A stretch of DNA of 64,000 nt from an uncultured delta proteobacterium (GCA_963814585.1 CAWFDF010000011.1:192001-256000); one strand, 5' to 3'. Positions 1 to 9,920 are shown, numbered from the stretch's first letter. Program-made: numbers and translations. The notes: generated by a model from the sequence alone, not told the origin.

Positions 1-744
1 GAGGTGCGGGCCGGTGGAACGGCCGGTGGAGCCGACGCGTCCGATCAGCTGGCCGCGCCGGACGGAGGCGCCGGCCTTCACCTCCAGGCGCGAGAGGTGG
101 AAGTAGGCGGTGAAGACGCCGGCGCCGTGCCAGAGCAGCACCGTGTTCCCCGACATGTAGCAGTCGCGGGCCAGCACCACCTCGCCGTCGCCGGCGGCGC
201 CCACCGGGTCGCCCGTGGCGCCGGGCAGGTCCAGACCGTAGTGAACCCCCTCGGCCTTGCCGTTGTAGACGCGCTGGTCGCCGAAGCGGCTGGAGGGCTC
301 CACGTCGAGGGGGACGGTGAATGGCCCGATGAGGAGCGGGGGGCCGAAGGGCCGGTCGTAGGCCTTCCGGAGCGCCGCCTGGTCGAGCGCCATGCGGCGC
401 CTCGCCTCGGCCGGCGGCTCGATGAACCGGGGCGGGACCGAGAGCGTGGTGGAGGCGAACCCCGGTGGCACCAGCTCGAGCGGCGGGGCGAAGGGGAGCC
501 CGTCGGCCATCACCTCCACGGTGGCCGGGCCGGGCACGGCCTCGGTGGGGAGGGGCGCCACCGCCAGCCAGCGCCGCTCCCCGGCAGGCCAGAAGCGCAA
601 GGGGCGGCCAGCCAGCGTCCCCGAGGGGAGGGTGGCGGCGTCGCGCACCGAGACCAGCACGGCGTCGCCAGGCCGGGCGCGCTCCGGCGCCACCACCGCG
701 GAGGGGGCCGCCAGCAGGAGGGCGAGCAGCAGGGCTCCGGTCAG
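1..744 (-). CDS. M23 family metallopeptidase (runs off the window's left edge; start codon uncertain)
   Basis: Manual minus-strand translation gives ...GNTVLLWHGAGVFTAYFHLS...VRRGQLIGRVGSTGRSTGPHL, the M23/LytM motif region, with an N-terminal hydrophobic LTGALLLALLLAA. Not in the ORF track. Confidence 0.85.
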   Translation of the reverse strand, partial: MTGALLLALLLAAPSAVVAPERARPGDAVLVSVRDAATLPSGTLAGRPLRFWPAGERRWLAVAPLPTEAVPGPATVEVMADGLPFAPPLELVPPGFASTTLSVPPRFIEPPAEARRRMALDQAALRKAYDRPFGPPLLIGPFTVPLDVEPSSRFGDQRVYNGKAEGVHYGLDLPGATGDPVGAAGDGEVVLARDCYMSGNTVLLWHGAGVFTAYFHLSRLEVKAGASVRRGQLIGRVGSTGRSTGPHL

Positions 745-1223
745 CGGCGCCTCGTGGTCAGCCCCAGCACGCCGCGCAGCTTCTCCATGATCCGGAAGTA
801 CTCGCTGCGGGTGTACGGCCGGTTGAGGACGTGGAAGTCCTTCTTGGCCAGGCCGACGCAGCCGAAGCAATACGTGCAGTCGGAGCAGTCCCGGCAGAGC
901 ACCAGGTAGGAGGAGCCGGCGCAGTTCTCGGATCGCTCGCAGTAGGCGCTGTCGTGGCAGCCGGCGCAGTCGTGGCAATGGGTCAGGTGCGAGGAGGCGC
1001 GGCAGCCGGTGCAGTGGGTGCAGCGATGGCAGGCCTCGCAGTCCGTGCAGAACATGCAGGAGACGCAGGCCCGGCACCTCTCGCAGCGGACCGAGCCCGG
1101 GTTCTCGGCGCTCCCCTCGTGGGCCTCGAGCAGCGCCTGAAGGGCGGCGTCGAAGCCGCGGCGATCGAGCCCGTCGGGCGGCAGGGAGGGGTCCGGCGAG
1201 GCCAGCGCGCGGGAGGCGACCAT
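741..1223 (-). CDS. Cys-rich CxxCxx hexad-repeat protein
   Basis: C-terminal 160 aa of ORF 741..2921, from ATG 1223; 13 six-residue units (CERCRA CVSCMF ... CFGCVG) with 20 Cys. Confidence 0.8.
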   Translation of the reverse strand: MVASRALASPDPSLPPDGLDRRGFDAALQALLEAHEGSAENPGSVRCERCRACVSCMFCTDCEACHRCTHCTGCRASSHLTHCHDCAGCHDSAYCERSENCAGSSYLVLCRDCSDCTYCFGCVGLAKKDFHVLNRPYTRSEYFRIMEKLRGVLGLTTRRR

Positions 1224-1279
1224 GCGGGGATCCTGCCCCGGTTCCCATCCGAAGTGAATTCGACGGCCGGCCATCAGGC

Positions 1280-2299
1280 TCAGGCGCCGCCCGGGCGCCG
1301 CAGCGCGCAGGTCCGGCAGACCGGGTGGTCCTCCTGGCCGGCGGCGAAGCGGGCCAGGGCCCGGCCGCTCCAGATGGCGGCGAGCGGCTGCGCCATGACC
1401 GTGCCGAAGTCGCCCAGCTCGCCACGCCAGGCGGCCGGGTGCGGGCAGGGGGCGAAGGCCCCGTCGTGGAGGACCCAGGCCTCGCGGCCGACGAAGGGGC
1501 AGGGGCCCGGCGGCGACGGCGGGCCGGCGAGCGGCGCCACGTTCTGCAGCTCGACCGTCCGCCCGCCGGCCTGGGCCTCGGTCGCGCTCCGCCGCATGGC
1601 CTCGACCGCCCGGCTCCAGCGGGCCCGGCCGGCCTCGCTGGCCGGCAGGGCCCGCGGCTCCAGGTGCGGCACGCGCGGCTGGAGCTGGTTCACCTTGACC
1701 CGGTCGACCCCCAGCGAGGCGGCCAGCGCCACCAGCGCGCCCAGCTCGTCGACGTTGCCGTCCTGCGCCGTCACCTGGAAGGAGAGGCGGCAGCGGTGGC
1801 CGGTCCGGGCCGCGACCTGGTCCCGCGCCGCGGCGAAGTCGCGCACGCCGCGGACGGCGGCGTCGAAGTCGAGCCCGGCCATGATCGACCCGGCGGTGGC
1901 GGCGCAGGCGCCGTTCCAGGAGACCTTGACGTCGCCGCAGACGGGCGCGAGCCGTGTCCCCCAGCCGCGCCCCCCGCGCCCGGGCCAGGTGCCGTTGGTG
2001 GTGACGTTGAGCAGGACACCGGCGGCGGCGCAGGCGTCGGCGAGGGCGTCCAGCCCGGCCCAGAGGAGCGGCTCGCCCATGGTGGAGGGGATCACCTCGC
2101 GCAGCGTCCCGGCGCCTCGACCCTCCGCCACCAGGGCGACCGCCAGGGCCGGCTCCATCCGCCGCGGTGGACGTCCCGGCGCCGGCTCCAGCCGGGCGCG
2201 GCCGCACTCGCACATGTCGCAGGCGAGGTTGCAGTCGTCGGGGTCGGTGACCAGGGTCAGGCGCCAGGGACCGCCCGGGGTGGGGAGGTTCGTTGACAA
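1280..2299 (-). CDS. Radical SAM protein with C-terminal SPASM/twitch-like Cys cluster
   Basis: CNLACDMC (CxxxCxxC), GEPLL, VTTNGT, C-terminal CPF...PC...CRTC; probable TTG start at 2299. Confidence 0.85.
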   Translation of the reverse strand: MSTNLPTPGGPWRLTLVTDPDDCNLACDMCECGRARLEPAPGRPPRRMEPALAVALVAEGRGAGTLREVIPSTMGEPLLWAGLDALADACAAAGVLLNVTTNGTWPGRGGRGWGTRLAPVCGDVKVSWNGACAATAGSIMAGLDFDAAVRGVRDFAAARDQVAARTGHRCRLSFQVTAQDGNVDELGALVALAASLGVDRVKVNQLQPRVPHLEPRALPASEAGRARWSRAVEAMRRSATEAQAGGRTVELQNVAPLAGPPSPPGPCPFVGREAWVLHDGAFAPCPHPAAWRGELGDFGTVMAQPLAAIWSGRALARFAAGQEDHPVCRTCALRRPGGA

Positions 2300-2302
2300 C
2301 CC

Positions 2303-2318
2303 GTCTGTTGTAACGGAA
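2303..2318. promoter_or_regulatory. Degenerate copy of the sulfur-gene palindrome upstream of the XRE-cupin regulator
   Basis: GTCTGTTGTAACGGAA, 2 mismatches to KTCCGYTAWARYGGA, next to TTGACA (2293-2298). Confidence 0.5.
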
Positions 2319-2330
2319 AAGTCGTCCACC

Positions 2331-2993
2331 ATGAAGAGCACGCGCGAGCGCGGCACGAAGAAGGGGCGCGGTCGGTCCGCACCCGAGCCGGAGTCGGTGG
2401 CTCCCGAGCACCGCGAGTCGCTCGGCGCCACCGACCTCACGCCGGTGGTCGGGACCAACCTGCGGCGGCTGCGCGGCCAGCGCGGCCTCTCGCTGGAGAA
2501 GCTCTCCAAGCTCTCCGGGGTGTCGCGCGCCATGCTCGGCCAGATCGAGCTGGGCCAGAGCGCGCCGACCATCAACGTGCTCTGGAAGATCGCCTCGGCC
2601 CTCGGCGTCCCGTTCTCGGGCCTGATCAGCGCGCGCAGCGAAGGGGGGCTCCACGTGCTGCGGGCCGCCCAGGCCAAGCTCCTCACCAGCCACGACGGCT
2701 CCTTCAGCTCGCGGGCCCTCTTCCCCTTCGACTCGCCGCGCCGGGTGGAGTTCTACCAGCTGACGGTGCGGCCGGGCGGGATGGAGCGGGCCGAGGCCCA
2801 CAACCCGGGCACCACCGAGAACCTGGTGGTGGCGCAGGGGCAGGTGGAGATCGAGGTGTCGGGCCGCCGCGAGCCGCTCGAGGCCGGCGACGCCATCGTC
2901 TTCGAGGCGGACGTCCCCCACGTCTACCGGAACCGCGGCGACCGGGACGCGGTCATGTTCCTGGTCATGACCTACGCGGACACCGTCGGGTAG
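2331..2993 (+). CDS. XRE-family HTH regulator with C-terminal cupin (SutR/PuuR-like architecture)
   Basis: NLRRLRGQRGLSLEKLSKLSGVSRAMLGQIELGQSAPTINVLWKIA (HTH_3) plus cupin EAHNPGTTE...GDAIVFEADVPHVY. Confidence 0.92.
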   Translation: MKSTRERGTKKGRGRSAPEPESVAPEHRESLGATDLTPVVGTNLRRLRGQRGLSLEKLSKLSGVSRAMLGQIELGQSAPTINVLWKIASALGVPFSGLISARSEGGLHVLRAAQAKLLTSHDGSFSSRALFPFDSPRRVEFYQLTVRPGGMERAEAHNPGTTENLVVAQGQVEIEVSGRREPLEAGDAIVFEADVPHVYRNRGDRDAVMFLVMTYADTVG

Positions 2994-2998
2994 GGGCC

Positions 2999-4408
2999 AT
3001 GGGCGTCCCCATCGGAGTCCTCCTCGTGCAGCGCGGCGCCGCCACCCAGGTGCAGGTGGACCGGGCGTGGCGGGAGGCCAAGGAGGCCGGCGAGCGGCTC
3101 TGCTCCCGGCTCCTCAAGATGGGCCTCGACGAGGCCCTCCTGGTCGGGGCGCTGGCCGAGCAGCAGCTCGGCCCGGGGGTCGACCTGTCCCGCTGCATCG
3201 TCGACCTGGCGCTGCTCGAGCTGGTGCCGCGGACGGTGGCCGAGCAGGATCTGCTGCTGCCGCTCTCCGACGAGGGCGGGCGGATCCACCTGGCCATGGT
3301 CACGCCGCACGACCACCGGCTGCTCTCCGAGGTCCGCTTCGTGACCGGGCGCGAGGTCTCCGGCTACGTGGCCATCGACTTCGCGCTCCACCAGGCCATC
3401 GCCGAGGCCTACGACGCCCGGGAGCGGGGCGAGGAGGTCTGGCGCGGCCACGCCGCCGGGGCCGGCCTGCCGCCGCTGCTGGCGGCCGTGATTCCGGGTG
3501 GCGCGGAGGAGGCGGAGGTCGGCGAGGAGATCATCCTCGAGGTGGAGGCCGCCCCGCTCGGCGAGGAGGCCGGGACCCTGCTCGAGGAGGAGTCGCCGGC
3601 CGCGGCGGAGGCCCCCCCGGTCGAGGTGCCCATCGAGGTCCGGCCGGCGGGCCGTCGCACCGTGCTGGTGGTCGACGACGAGCCGGAGATCAGGCTGCTG
3701 CTGCAGCGGTCGCTGGAGAAGCACGGCTACGCGGTGGAGACCGCCAGCGACGGGGCCCAGGCGGTCGCCAAGGCCGAGGCCCTGGTCCCGGACCTGGTCC
3801 TGCTCGACGCCATGCTCCCCAAGGTGCACGGCTTCGAGGCCTGCCAGCAGATCAAGGCCTCGCCGCGCTGCCGCCACGTCCCGGTCATCATGATGACCGC
3901 CATCTACCGGGGCTGGCGCTTCGCCCAGGACGCCCGCGACACCTACGGCGCCGAGGACTACATCGAGAAGCCGTTCCGCTTCGACGACGTGCTGCGCCGC
4001 ATCGACGCCGTGCTGGAGGCCACCGCCACCCGCTCGCGCGGCGACAGCGCCGCGGCCGCGGCCGAGCTGGCGCGCGGCAAGGAGATGATGCTGGCGAACA
4101 GCCTCACCGAGGCCCGGGCCGCCTTCGAGGCGGCCATCGCCGCCGACCCCTACTCGGCCGAGGCCCACGTGCTGCTGGCCCGGACCCTCCGCGCCGCCGG
4201 CGAGGCCTTCAGCGCCATGACGGCCTACGAGAAGGCGGCCGAGCTGCGCCCCGGCCACCTCCCCTCGCTGCGCGCCCTGGCGGCGCTCTACGAGGAGAAG
4301 GGCTTCCGCCGCAAGGCCACCGAGACGCTGGAGCGCGCCCTCGGCGCCGCCGGCGACGAGGCCACCCGCGCCGCCATCAAGCAGGACCTGATGGCGCTGC
4401 TGGGGTAG
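2999..4408 (+). CDS. Response regulator with N-terminal T2SSE_N/MshEN-like region, REC domain and C-terminal TPRs
   Basis: VLVVDDE...DLVLLDAMLP...YIEKPF receiver; N-term PIGVLLVQRG...IHLAMVTPHD; TPR-like C-terminus. Confidence 0.8.
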   Translation: MGVPIGVLLVQRGAATQVQVDRAWREAKEAGERLCSRLLKMGLDEALLVGALAEQQLGPGVDLSRCIVDLALLELVPRTVAEQDLLLPLSDEGGRIHLAMVTPHDHRLLSEVRFVTGREVSGYVAIDFALHQAIAEAYDARERGEEVWRGHAAGAGLPPLLAAVIPGGAEEAEVGEEIILEVEAAPLGEEAGTLLEEESPAAAEAPPVEVPIEVRPAGRRTVLVVDDEPEIRLLLQRSLEKHGYAVETASDGAQAVAKAEALVPDLVLLDAMLPKVHGFEACQQIKASPRCRHVPVIMMTAIYRGWRFAQDARDTYGAEDYIEKPFRFDDVLRRIDAVLEATATRSRGDSAAAAAELARGKEMMLANSLTEARAAFEAAIAADPYSAEAHVLLARTLRAAGEAFSAMTAYEKAAELRPGHLPSLRALAALYEEKGFRRKATETLERALGAAGDEATRAAIKQDLMALLG

Positions 4409-4450
4409 GGACCCCGCGCCATCGGCGGCTCGGACTCCAAGCCGCGCTGC

Positions 4451-4792
<342 letters not shown>

Positions 4793-4848
4793 TCACCTCG
4801 TTCGATGGCATCCGGTCGGTCGGCCCGCCGGGTGGGATCACGGTGAAA

Positions 4849-4864
4849 TGCAACTGCCGCGCCG
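4849..4864 (-). promoter_or_regulatory. sigma54 (-24/-12) promoter of glnB
   Basis: Minus strand CGGCGCGGCAGTTGCA = GG-N10-GC with TTGCA, 60 bp upstream of the start. Confidence 0.7.
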
Positions 4865-5039
4865 GGCGGATGGCCCGTGAGTCCCCGGGCTTGGCGGGCC
4901 GGCCGGGGCGCCGCGCGCGACGGGCAGGCCGTCCCTGCCCGCCGGGCGGGCAGCCTGGCGGGCCGCTGCGGCCAAAGGCCGTGGGCGGTGGGGGGGCGCC
5001 GGTGCTACCATCGGCGCCACGAGGGGGAGGGAGCCGCAC

Positions 5040-5459
5040 ATGACCTGGTGGGCCTGGGTGCTGTTGGGGATCGCGCTCCTGGTGGTCGAGATGGCGACGC
5101 CGGGGGGGCTCTTCGCCCTGTTCTTCGGCGCCGGGGCCATCGTGGTGGCGCCGCTGGCGGCCCTGGGCATGCCGGAGGCCTGGCAGTGGCTGGCCTTCTC
5201 CGTCGTCTCGGTGGCCACCCTGCTGGGGTTCCGCCGGCGGTTGACCCTGGTCCTGTCGAAGGGGCCGAAGGCCGCGGTCGAGCTGGTCGGCGAGCAGGCG
5301 CTGGTGCTGGTCGAGGTGGCGCCCGGTGGGGAGGGGCGGGTCGAGCTGCGGGGCGTGCCCTGGACGGCGCGGACCGCGGGTGGGGTGGCGCTGGCGGTGG
5401 GCCGGCGCTGCCGGGTGGAGCGGGTCGAGGGGTTGACGCTGTGGCTTCGCGCCGAGTGA
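5040..5459 (+). CDS. NfeD-like membrane protein
   Basis: Hydrophobic N-terminus, OB-fold-like GRVELRGVPWTA; directly upstream of an SPFH gene. Confidence 0.88.
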   Translation: MTWWAWVLLGIALLVVEMATPGGLFALFFGAGAIVVAPLAALGMPEAWQWLAFSVVSVATLLGFRRRLTLVLSKGPKAAVELVGEQALVLVEVAPGGEGRVELRGVPWTARTAGGVALAVGRRCRVERVEGLTLWLRAE

Positions 5460-5489
5460 CGGCGCGCACTTGAACCAGGGAGAGCACCG

Positions 5490-6464
5490 ATGCCAGGGCT
5501 TTATGTCTTGATCGCCGTCGCCGTCCTCGCCGTCATCGTGGTCGCCAAGACCGCGGTGGTGGTCCCGCAGCAGAACGCCTACGTGGTGGAGCGGCTGGGG
5601 AAGTTCCAGTCGGTGCTCGTTCCCGGCTTCCACATCCTGCTCCCCTTCATCGACGCCATCCGCTACCGGCACACCCTGAAGGAGCAGGCGCTCGACATCC
5701 CCGAGCAGATCTGCATCACCAACGACAACGTCCAGGTGGCCGTCGACGGGCTGCTCTACCTCAAGGTGCTCGACCCGGAGCGGGCCAGCTACGGCATCTC
5801 CGACTACTACTACGCCATCACCCAGCTGGCGCAGACCCTGCTGCGCAGCGAGATCGGCAAGATCACCCTCGACCGGACCTTCGAGGAGCGCGGCTACATC
5901 AACTCCCAGCTGGTGCAGGAGCTGGACAAGGCCTCCGGTCCCTGGGGCGTGAAGGTGCTGCGCTACGAGATCAAGAACATCACCCCGCCGCAGGACGTGC
6001 TGGCCGCCATGGAGAAGCAGATGCGGGCGGAGCGGGAGAAGCGCGCCGTCATCCTCAACTCCGAGGGCGTTCGCGACGCCGCCATCAACAACGCCGAGGG
6101 GCAGAAGCAGCAGGTGATCAAGGCCTCGGAGGCGGTCCGGCAGAAGCAGATCAACGAGGCCGAGGGCCAGGCGGCGGCCATCCAGGCCATCGCCGTCGCC
6201 ACCGCCGAGGGACTGCGCAAGGTGGCCGACGCCATCCGCTCCGAGGGCGGCGTGGAGGCGGTGCAGCTCCGCGTGGCCGAGAAGTACGTCGAGCAGTTCG
6301 GCCACATCGCCAAGGCGGGAAACACCATCGTGCTGCCGGCCACCCTCTCCGACGTCGGCTCGATGATCGCCCTGGCGACCAACGTCCTCAAGGGATCGGT
6401 GGCGGGCGAGGCGCCCAGGGCGACCATCGCCGTCCGCCCGCCGCCGCCGGCGCCGCCGACGTAG
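5490..6464 (+). CDS. SPFH/stomatin (QmcA-like) protein
   Basis: VVERLGKF...ITNDNVQVAVDG...WGVKVLRYEIKNI...QMRAEREKRA. Confidence 0.93.
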   Translation: MPGLYVLIAVAVLAVIVVAKTAVVVPQQNAYVVERLGKFQSVLVPGFHILLPFIDAIRYRHTLKEQALDIPEQICITNDNVQVAVDGLLYLKVLDPERASYGISDYYYAITQLAQTLLRSEIGKITLDRTFEERGYINSQLVQELDKASGPWGVKVLRYEIKNITPPQDVLAAMEKQMRAEREKRAVILNSEGVRDAAINNAEGQKQQVIKASEAVRQKQINEAEGQAAAIQAIAVATAEGLRKVADAIRSEGGVEAVQLRVAEKYVEQFGHIAKAGNTIVLPATLSDVGSMIALATNVLKGSVAGEAPRATIAVRPPPPAPPT

Positions 6465-6593
6465 CCCGGCGCCCCACCCGGCCCCACGGCCGGCGCGCCA
6501 TCCTGGCCGAGGGGCGCTGGCCGGCGACCCGGGGACGGCTCGTGCCCGCGCCTGGGCGGGGGCGGCGCTGGCTCGCGAGTCCGCGCCGGCGCG

Positions 6594-8267
6594 CTACCAG
6601 GGCGCGGGCCGGTAGTCCTTGTAGAAGTGGCCGGCCTGGTGCTGGCCGGTCTGGAAGCCCTCGACGATGGGGGCGACGATGCGGGCCGCGCCGTCGACGA
6701 TGTCGAGCGGCGGGCTGAAGGCATGCTCCTCGGCCTTGCGCGCCGCGATGTGGGCCGGGTCCTCGTCGGTCACCCAGCCGGTGTCGACGGCGTTGAGGCA
6801 GATGCCGTCGCGCCGGAGGTCCGGGGCGCTGGTGCGGACCAGCATGTTGAGCGCCGCCTTGGCCATGTTGGTGTGGGGGTGCTTGTCGGTCTTGAGGGCC
6901 CGGTAGAACTGCCCCTCCATGGCGCTCACCAGCACCACGTGGCGGGCCCCGTCGCCGCTGGTGGCCGTCCCTGGCGGCGGCGTCGCCGAGCGGACCATGA
7001 GCGGCTTCAGTCGGGCGGTCATGACGAACGGGGCGGTGGCGTTGACGAGCAGCACCTCGAGCAGCTCGTGCGTCGGCACCTCGTGGAGGGGGAGGCGCCA
7101 GGAGTTGGTGGCCCTCAGGTCCACCTGCTGGAGGTCCTGGTCGAGGAGGCCGTGCGGGAAGATCTCCAGCGACGGTGGCCCGGCGCCGGTGAGGAGCAGG
7201 TCGTCGTCGACGGCGGCCTGGGAGAGCTGGGCGGAGCGGGTCAGGCCGGCGGCGCTGCGGCGACCGGCGTGCTCGATCCGGAGCGCCTCGTCGCTGCGCA
7301 GCAGGCGCTGGACCGCCGGGGGGAGCGTCGCCGCAGGCCGGTGCTCGTCCTCGATGAGGTGGGCGTAGAAGCCGGGCGGTCGGCGCACCGTCTGGCAGGC
7401 GTTGTGGATCTGGAAGTCGAGGCGGGGGAGGGTCGCGTCGAGCCAGTGGCAGAGGTGCTCGACGCTGGGCGTGTGGCGCAGGTCGACACCGTGGACCAGG
7501 AGCCGGTCGCGCCAGGCCTCGAAGTCGGGCTCGGCGGCGTAGCGGGCGGCGGCGTCGCGCGGGAAGCGGGTGCAGGCCACCACGGTGCAGCCGGCGCGCA
7601 GCAGCAGGATGGCCGCCTGGTAACCGATCTTCACGCGGGCCCCGGTGACCAGGGCGACCCGGCCCCGCAGGTCCACCGTCGCCGTCCGGCGCAGCTCGTT
7701 CTCGTCGCCGCAGGCGGGGCAGAGCTGGTCGTAGAAGTGGTGGAGGCGCCGGTACTCCCGCTTGCACACGTAGCAGATCCGCGCCGCGTGGAGCTCGGGC
7801 CCCGCCTGCGCCGGCCCCGCCCCTGGAGCGGCGGGCGCCCAGGGCGGCACGCCTGCCGCCGGCGCGCCTGGCAGGACCGGCCACCAGCCCGAGGCGTCGG
7901 TGCCGCGCGCCGGCAGCGGAGGGAACGGCGTCCGGAAGACCGGCTCCTCGCGCAGGCGGCGGATCCCGCTCGAGCGGCGCAGGGCCGCGTCCCCCTCCTT
8001 GCGGGCCTGCTGCGCCTGGCGCAGCAGCGTCTTCTGGAGCCGCTTGCGCCCCTTCAGGTCCGGCCGGGCGATCTCGCCGGCAAAGCGCTGCAGCGCGCTC
8101 CGGGTCGCCTCGGCCACGGTCGCCAGCAGGGCCCGGTCGCCGGCCACGGCGGCGAGGGTCCGCACCGCGGCCTCGATCTCGGCGGGCGACGGCGCCGGCT
8201 CCACCGGCGAGGTGGAGGCGGCGGGGCGCGGGAACGGCTCGCGCTCGGAGGGGTCGGTGCTGGACAC
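6594..8267 (-). CDS. SDR-family oxidoreductase with N-terminal Cys4 zinc-ribbon
   Basis: CYVCK...CPAC, ALVTGARVKIG, HTNMAKAALNM, NAVDTGWVTDE; GTG start at 8267 inferred. Confidence 0.85.
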   Translation of the reverse strand: MSSTDPSEREPFPRPAASTSPVEPAPSPAEIEAAVRTLAAVAGDRALLATVAEATRSALQRFAGEIARPDLKGRKRLQKTLLRQAQQARKEGDAALRRSSGIRRLREEPVFRTPFPPLPARGTDASGWWPVLPGAPAAGVPPWAPAAPGAGPAQAGPELHAARICYVCKREYRRLHHFYDQLCPACGDENELRRTATVDLRGRVALVTGARVKIGYQAAILLLRAGCTVVACTRFPRDAAARYAAEPDFEAWRDRLLVHGVDLRHTPSVEHLCHWLDATLPRLDFQIHNACQTVRRPPGFYAHLIEDEHRPAATLPPAVQRLLRSDEALRIEHAGRRSAAGLTRSAQLSQAAVDDDLLLTGAGPPSLEIFPHGLLDQDLQQVDLRATNSWRLPLHEVPTHELLEVLLVNATAPFVMTARLKPLMVRSATPPPGTATSGDGARHVVLVSAMEGQFYRALKTDKHPHTNMAKAALNMLVRTSAPDLRRDGICLNAVDTGWVTDEDPAHIAARKAEEHAFSPPLDIVDGAARIVAPIVEGFQTGQHQAGHFYKDYRPAPW

Positions 8268-8402
8268 GCGCCCTCCATACCCGGAGCGCGGCGCGACGGG
8301 TAGGGGGGAGGGCGTGTTTCCCGCCGCAAGCGCCACGGACCCGGGGTGCCGACGCCGACGTTCCAGCGGCCAGCGCGGCCCGGGCCGGTTAGATGGTGGC
8401 GC

Positions 8403-8927
8403 ATGCCCATCCCCATCTTCGGCAAGGCCCACGAGGCCAGGGCCGGCGCCGACTTCACCTGGTTCGTCTACGGCTCGTCGCTCGACCGGGCCGCCTTCTC
8501 GGTCTGGGCCGGGAGCCACGGCTACGCCGTTCCCGACTTCTCCGGCGCGTGGCCGGCGCGGCTGCCGGGCTGGCGGCTCGCCTTCGACGTCGTCTCCAGG
8601 CACTGGGGCGGCGCCGTCGCCAGCCTGGCCGAGGCTCCCGGACAGTCCGTCGAGGGGCTGGCCGTCCCCTTGGCGGGCGCGGCCCGAGGCCTGGTGGAGC
8701 ACAAGGAGGGGGCGGTCTCCGGCCTCTATGCGGCCGTCGACGTGTCGATCGAGCCGCTGGCGGGTGGAGCGACCACGCCGGCGGTCGCCTACCGGGCTGC
8801 CGCCAGCCGACGGCTTCCCTCCGAGGCCCCGCCCTCGCCGGCCTACCTCGAGGTGATGATCAAGGGAGCCCGCGAGGCCGGTCTCTCGCCCGGGTGGCAG
8901 GCGCGGCTCCGGGCGCTGGCGATCTGA
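8403..8927 (+). CDS. Gamma-glutamylcyclotransferase-like protein
   Basis: FVYGSSLD, GWRLAF, PSPAYLEVMIKGA. Confidence 0.8.
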   Translation: MPIPIFGKAHEARAGADFTWFVYGSSLDRAAFSVWAGSHGYAVPDFSGAWPARLPGWRLAFDVVSRHWGGAVASLAEAPGQSVEGLAVPLAGAARGLVEHKEGAVSGLYAAVDVSIEPLAGGATTPAVAYRAAASRRLPSEAPPSPAYLEVMIKGAREAGLSPGWQARLRALAI

Positions 8928-8979
8928 CCCAGGGCCGGGGCGGCCCCGGGGGGACCGGCTTGACGGACGTGACGGTATC

Positions 8980-9519
8980 TCAGTACGGCCGGCCCCCGCT
9001 GTTTCCTCCAGGTCCGTAGTCGCAGACGACGGTGCTCCGGTAGGTGAGCGCCGGGCAGTCCCGCAGCGCGCAGCCCACGGCCCGGGTCGCCGCCCAGACC
9101 ACCTGCGTGTAGTGGCCGCAGACCTTCCCGGCGGCGCAGGTGTTGGTGGCGTAGGTGTAGTCCGCCACCTCGCCGGCCCAGGCGCTGACGGCATCGCTGG
9201 CGGTGGCGATCCCGGTCGAGGCGTAGATGTTCTCGCCGACGTAGAACGGGTGGCCGCTGCTCCGGTCCGGGTTGTGGTCGATCAGGCCGGTGGGCGCGGC
9301 CACGTCCACGCACCGGGCCGCCCAGGCCGCCGCGGTGGCCGCCAGCGCACCATCCCAGGCCAGCGGCGCGACCCCGACCCAGGCGCGGACCGCGTTGTGC
9401 GCCGCGGTGATGCCGGCCAGCTCGGGCGGCTCGCCGGCCGCGAGGTCGGCACCTCCTTCCTCGCCGCAGCCGGCGAGTGCCAGGGCCAGCACCAGCCCGA
9501 GAGGCCCGAGGATCCGCAC
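8980..9519 (-). CDS. CAP/SCP domain lipoprotein
   Basis: Lipobox LAGC, AHNAVRA, GENIY, CGHYTQVVWA, VVCDYGPGGN. Confidence 0.92.
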   Translation of the reverse strand: MRILGPLGLVLALALAGCGEEGGADLAAGEPPELAGITAAHNAVRAWVGVAPLAWDGALAATAAAWAARCVDVAAPTGLIDHNPDRSSGHPFYVGENIYASTGIATASDAVSAWAGEVADYTYATNTCAAGKVCGHYTQVVWAATRAVGCALRDCPALTYRSTVVCDYGPGGNSGGRPY

Positions 9520-9557
9520 GGCTCCACCCTCCGCGAGCCGGGCCGGTCTCGAGGCGG

Positions 9558-9845
9558 TCACGTACCGGGTCCCCGGTCGACGAGCCCCTTCACCATCCCC
9601 GCGCCCTCGAGAGCGGCGCAGGCGGCGTCCAGGTCGGCCCCGCGGATCCAGACCCCGGCGCCGCGGCGCGGGCGCCCGAAGCCGAACAGCGTCGCGCCGC
9701 CCACCTCCTCGACCTCGACGGCGAAGTCGAGGCCCGCGGCGTCGAGCGTCGCCTCGGCACCCTGGGCCTCGTCCAGCCCGAGCGCGAAGTAGACCCGCAC
9801 CACCTCGGTCCCTTCGCCGAACAGCTCGAGCGATCTCCGTGGCAT
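9558..9845 (-). CDS. Small hypothetical protein
   Basis: 95-aa ORF MPRRSLELF... with protein-like composition, filling the gap between neighbours. Confidence 0.6.
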   Translation of the reverse strand: MPRRSLELFGEGTEVVRVYFALGLDEAQGAEATLDAAGLDFAVEVEEVGGATLFGFGRPRRGAGVWIRGADLDAACAALEGAGMVKGLVDRGPGT

Positions 9846-9920
9846 CCGTTCCTCCCGGGCGGAGCGTACCCCAGCGCGGCGCCGCGGGGGCGACCCCGGC
9901 TGGGCCATCCTGTCGCGGCC

